Origin: Phoronis australis
Taxonomy: Eukaryota > Animalia > Phoronida
Length of the DNA: 64,000 nt
NCBI GenBank assembly: GCA_002633005.1
Contig: NMRA01000182.1
Span: forward strand, 603,768-667,767
Direction of reading: 5' to 3'
Position 1 is the stretch's first letter, and each line of letters opens with the position of its first letter. A program made the position numbers and the translations under genes. The notes beneath the pieces were generated by a model, which was not told where the DNA came from, searched no databases, and saw only the letters and a list, made by a program, of their open reading frames with translations. Of this stretch, positions 63,601 through 64,000 are shown piece after piece.

Positions 63601-64000
63601 TCTGGGACCGCCCACGTAAGCTCCATTAATCTGCAACAGAGTGCTTGGTTGACTGTGAGGACGGCATGTTCCTGTCCAAAATGGGACGATATGGCCATGC
63701 ATCTCTTTAAAACAGTATTTAAAAGTCATGTTGTTATGTTTACAGTACTTTATGTCTTACCTAAATTGTGAGATGTTCGCAAAAAAGCATTGATAATTAA
63801 TTTTCAGGCTTTATTAATGAGCATAAATTGCAACTTAGTGAAGATGAAATAAAAAGCTTCACATGTGCCATAATGATTTTTCTAGACCTTCAAAATATAG
63901 GTATAGACACTTTATTTGTCATGATTGCCTGCAATTTGATAACGTTACACCTATATTTGAATTTTTCGGTAATGGCGGAAGCTAATTAGCATACTTGGGA
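60700..64000 (-). mobile_element. Degenerate Academ (AcademX) DNA transposon; boundaries approximate
   Basis: Broken transposase/XPG/Cys-rich ORF, flanked by shared subterminal motifs (ctaattagcata, aatggcgg) at ~60870-60895 and ~63970-63993. Confidence 0.65.
61463..63729 (-). pseudogene. Fragmented AcademX-type transposase / XPG-like nuclease / Cys-rich finger ORF
   Basis: Ordered fragments NYAR, NFVVKRS..QV.SDQ, GGI...ALWRW.LS, STNEDPDTRLILHA, SPDVLLLL, AFHGVTG.GT.S.F, and C-terminal CTC...CRC..SG...LCTC, with many frameshifts and stops. Confidence 0.75.

Overview
AT-rich, intron-containing animal (probably invertebrate) genomic scaffold with N gaps. The one well-supported protein gene is a 14-exon + strand SLC6 Na+/Cl- amino-acid transporter (GlyT2/ATB0,+-like, about 716 aa, 15377-40075), whose introns hold Helentron/HINE-type elements and nested DNA transposons. 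Downstream (41650-51600) is a tandem array of 7 units. Each carries a strongly conserved minus-strand ~108-nt sequence that starts GGC, ends in a T4-5 run, folds into a stem-bulge-stem and has a conserved ~100-bp upstream block. This is a candidate cluster of undescribed Pol III small RNA genes, most like Y RNA/sbRNA (vault RNA is an alternative), and is the most interesting signal in the window. An ~8 kb segment that may hold the last two exons of an unknown gene is repeated on both sides of the SLC6 gene; part of it is probably a mis-scaffolded allele or paralog. The window also contains LOA-type LINE, solo-LTR, Kolobok, P-like, ISL2EU-like, hAT and Tc1/pogo MITE, and AcademX remnants. All calls are by eye, with no database searches.
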